Shown in pieces: positions 61,900-64,000 of a DNA stretch of 64,000 bases. How positions within the stretch are numbered: position 1 is the stretch's first letter; every line of letters begins with the position of its first letter. Below the pieces are notes generated by a model. It was not told the DNA's origin, searched no databases, and worked only from the letters and a program-made list of their open reading frames with translations. Where the stretch lies: the NCBI GenBank assembly GCA_051530055.1, contig CM121341.1, positions 868,001 through 932,000 on the forward strand, written 5' to 3'. A program made the translations under genes and the position numbers. Source of the DNA: Neoechinorhynchus agilis. Lineage: Eukaryota > Animalia > Acanthocephala.

Positions 61900-63850
61900 A
61901 GTTCAATGAATGTACGATTGGAACAAAGAATCTTGGATATTTTTCCAAATAAAGTCACATCAAGACCAAACTTCGACCTTGTTTCATTCACCATTAATCC
62001 TAAGGAAGCCATAGTAGGGCGGAAACGATGTAGATTCGCGTCGTGCTCGACTTTGTTCATTCCACATACAATTATATCGTCAAGATAAGAGAACGTTCCC
62101 ACGAGCCCCGAGGCCTCAATAATTGAATTCATGAACCTTTGGCAAGCTGCAACACCGTTGGTTACACCCATGGGTATTCTCTTGAACTGATAAAGCTTTC
62201 GATTGGCTTCAAAAGCGCTGTATCTTCGTTCCTCCGGTAGAATATCGATCTGATAATATGCATTCTTAAGATCTAGTTGGCTAAAAACTTTGTACTGAGC
62301 GATCGCGTTTGCGAGGTCCGAAATTTTAGCGAGGGGATATGCGTCCAAGTAAGTAAACTTGTTTATGAGTCAACGACAAGTCTTCGTTTTCCATTATCCC
62401 TTTTGATGACGACAATCTGAGCTCTCCAAGGGGAGGAAGATTCCTCAATAATATTTCCTTCCAGCATCCTGGCGATCTCGGAACGAATAAACGCCTGATC
62501 GGATAAGCTATAAGATCTGCTCTTAGTCGCAATCGGGTGGCACTTCTCTTTCAAGTTTGAGAATAGTCGAGGGGAGCTGGAATAATTAGACAAGTGGCGG
62601 CCACTGGAACCTTGAATTCGGACAATTTGCCGTTTGAGGTGATTGTTAAGCGTTCGTGAAGGAGCAGAAAGGGCAGTCCTAATATTACGTCGATGCAGAG
62701 TTCGCTGATGACGAAGATGGAGATGTCCGAGTAGTCGATCTGCCCGCATTTGAAATCGATTCAGCTTTCACCAGAAATTTTTCGAGTCGAACTTCCAGCA
62801 GCCAAGTTAACAGTCAGATTCACCTGGGAGTAAGGTATTCCGAGTCTATCGGCTAGTCGTTTGTTAATAAAGTTTAGAAAACTTCCGGTATCGATGAGAG
62901 CCGATAGCTGTATCGAACCTATGCTTATCATCACCTTCATGAGAGAAGCTCCTGGGTGAATTGCGGTGCTCGGGCATACAGCGGAAAGTTCATTGATGGA
63001 TTTAGCGCGATTTCTGGAGGATCTGCAAACTTTGGTGAAGCGTTTCTCGCAGGACATTGATTTCTATAGTGGTTTTTATTCCCACCGAAGAAACATTTTC
63101 TTTGGGGAGAACTTGCCCGGCGATTGAGAGCAGCGCTCATCTCTGCCTCCTCAATATTTCTGACATAGCAATCAGTTTCGGAAGGCACCGCATTGATCGA
63201 CACTTCGGAACAACGGTTGTATTGTTCTTGTGCTTCGTAAGAGATTTGTACTGATTTTGCGAGTTGAAGAGCTCTATCCAAATCCAGATTTTCATTTTCT
63301 AACAAACGTTGACGGATCGAGTCGGATTCTAATAAGGATATAAAAGCATCCCTTATCGCATCGTTGCGATATTGTTCAGCTGATACATTTTCCAATACGC
63401 AATCTCGGACCAACAAGCACAAGGCTTGTATGAATCAGCTGATATCCCCGTCGTCGTTTTGCTTACGCATCGTCAATAGATGTCGAGCCAGGATTTTGTT
63501 TGGCTTTCGCACATACAACTTTTCCAGAGTGTTCATAGCTTCATCATTCGACTTGCTATCTTCAAGTAGTTCATAGACGCTACTGCCAACAGACAGGAAG
63601 CGTAGTTCCAGTTTGTCAATATGTTTATTAGAAGGTTGATTAGAGACGAACTGGAAGTTTCGTTTCCACAACCTGTAATGTTTTTCTGATCCGGATTCAT
63701 GTGGCAAGATGTCAAACCGTTCGGGTTGAAACGTTTCCTTGAAGATCCTCGAGGAATCATCTGTTCTCGACGAGGTGTATGACATTGGAGAGTTTTCTGC
63801 CATTATTGACCAAAGGTGGCTTTTTGCACATTAAATTGTTGAGAATAATA
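61900..63850 (-). mobile_element. Decayed Ty3/Gypsy element (gag, protease, RT)
   Basis: gag PERFD..WKRNF, IRDAFI..IRQRLLE, knuckle remnant; protease ALIDTGS; RT SSSPWRAQ..RLVVD, DAYPL, LDLKNAYYQ, PMGVTN, YLDD. Confidence 0.92.
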
Positions 63851-64000
63851 TAGAAACCTTAGAGGTTTTATTGTGCAAAAGTGCAAGGTTGCGAAGTGCG
63901 AATCAAACGGTGGATATGAAGGCGCGGTAGAATTGTTAGATATCACTACAACCAGACCATAAAGGTTGACTGGTAGATGGAGTCGGTAATTGCAACACTG

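Overview
Eukaryotic, probably metazoan, genomic window. The evidence is ~50-nt GT-AG introns and a histone 3' stem-loop. The first ~5.8 kb is a compact gene cluster: a multi-exon transglutaminase (+), an unknown convergent gene (-), MED7 (-) and a divergent orphan histone H3 (+) with a replication-type stem-loop. The remaining ~58 kb is mostly nested, decayed retroelements: Ty3/Gypsy, BEL/Pao, several LINE families, Penelope-like GIY-YIG and CRE-type RLE fragments. This region has been reshuffled by segmental duplications (8.4-17.0 kb recurs at 35.8-44.6 kb; 28.4-30.6 kb recurs at 59.4-61.6 kb) and by a ~5.35-kb tandem array (46.7-58.3 kb). Embedded host sequences include two diverging copies of a type II membrane glycoprotein gene, two mitochondrial-type AspRS pseudogene fragments and a CAP-domain gene whose 5' end meets a BEL element. 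The most striking signal is a four-copy short element with a tRNA-like Pol III head followed by a hammerhead ribozyme whose three strands are in a non-circularly permuted order. One copy (21758-21826) has a perfect catalytic core. Coordinates of decayed elements are approximate. No searches or folding programs were run.
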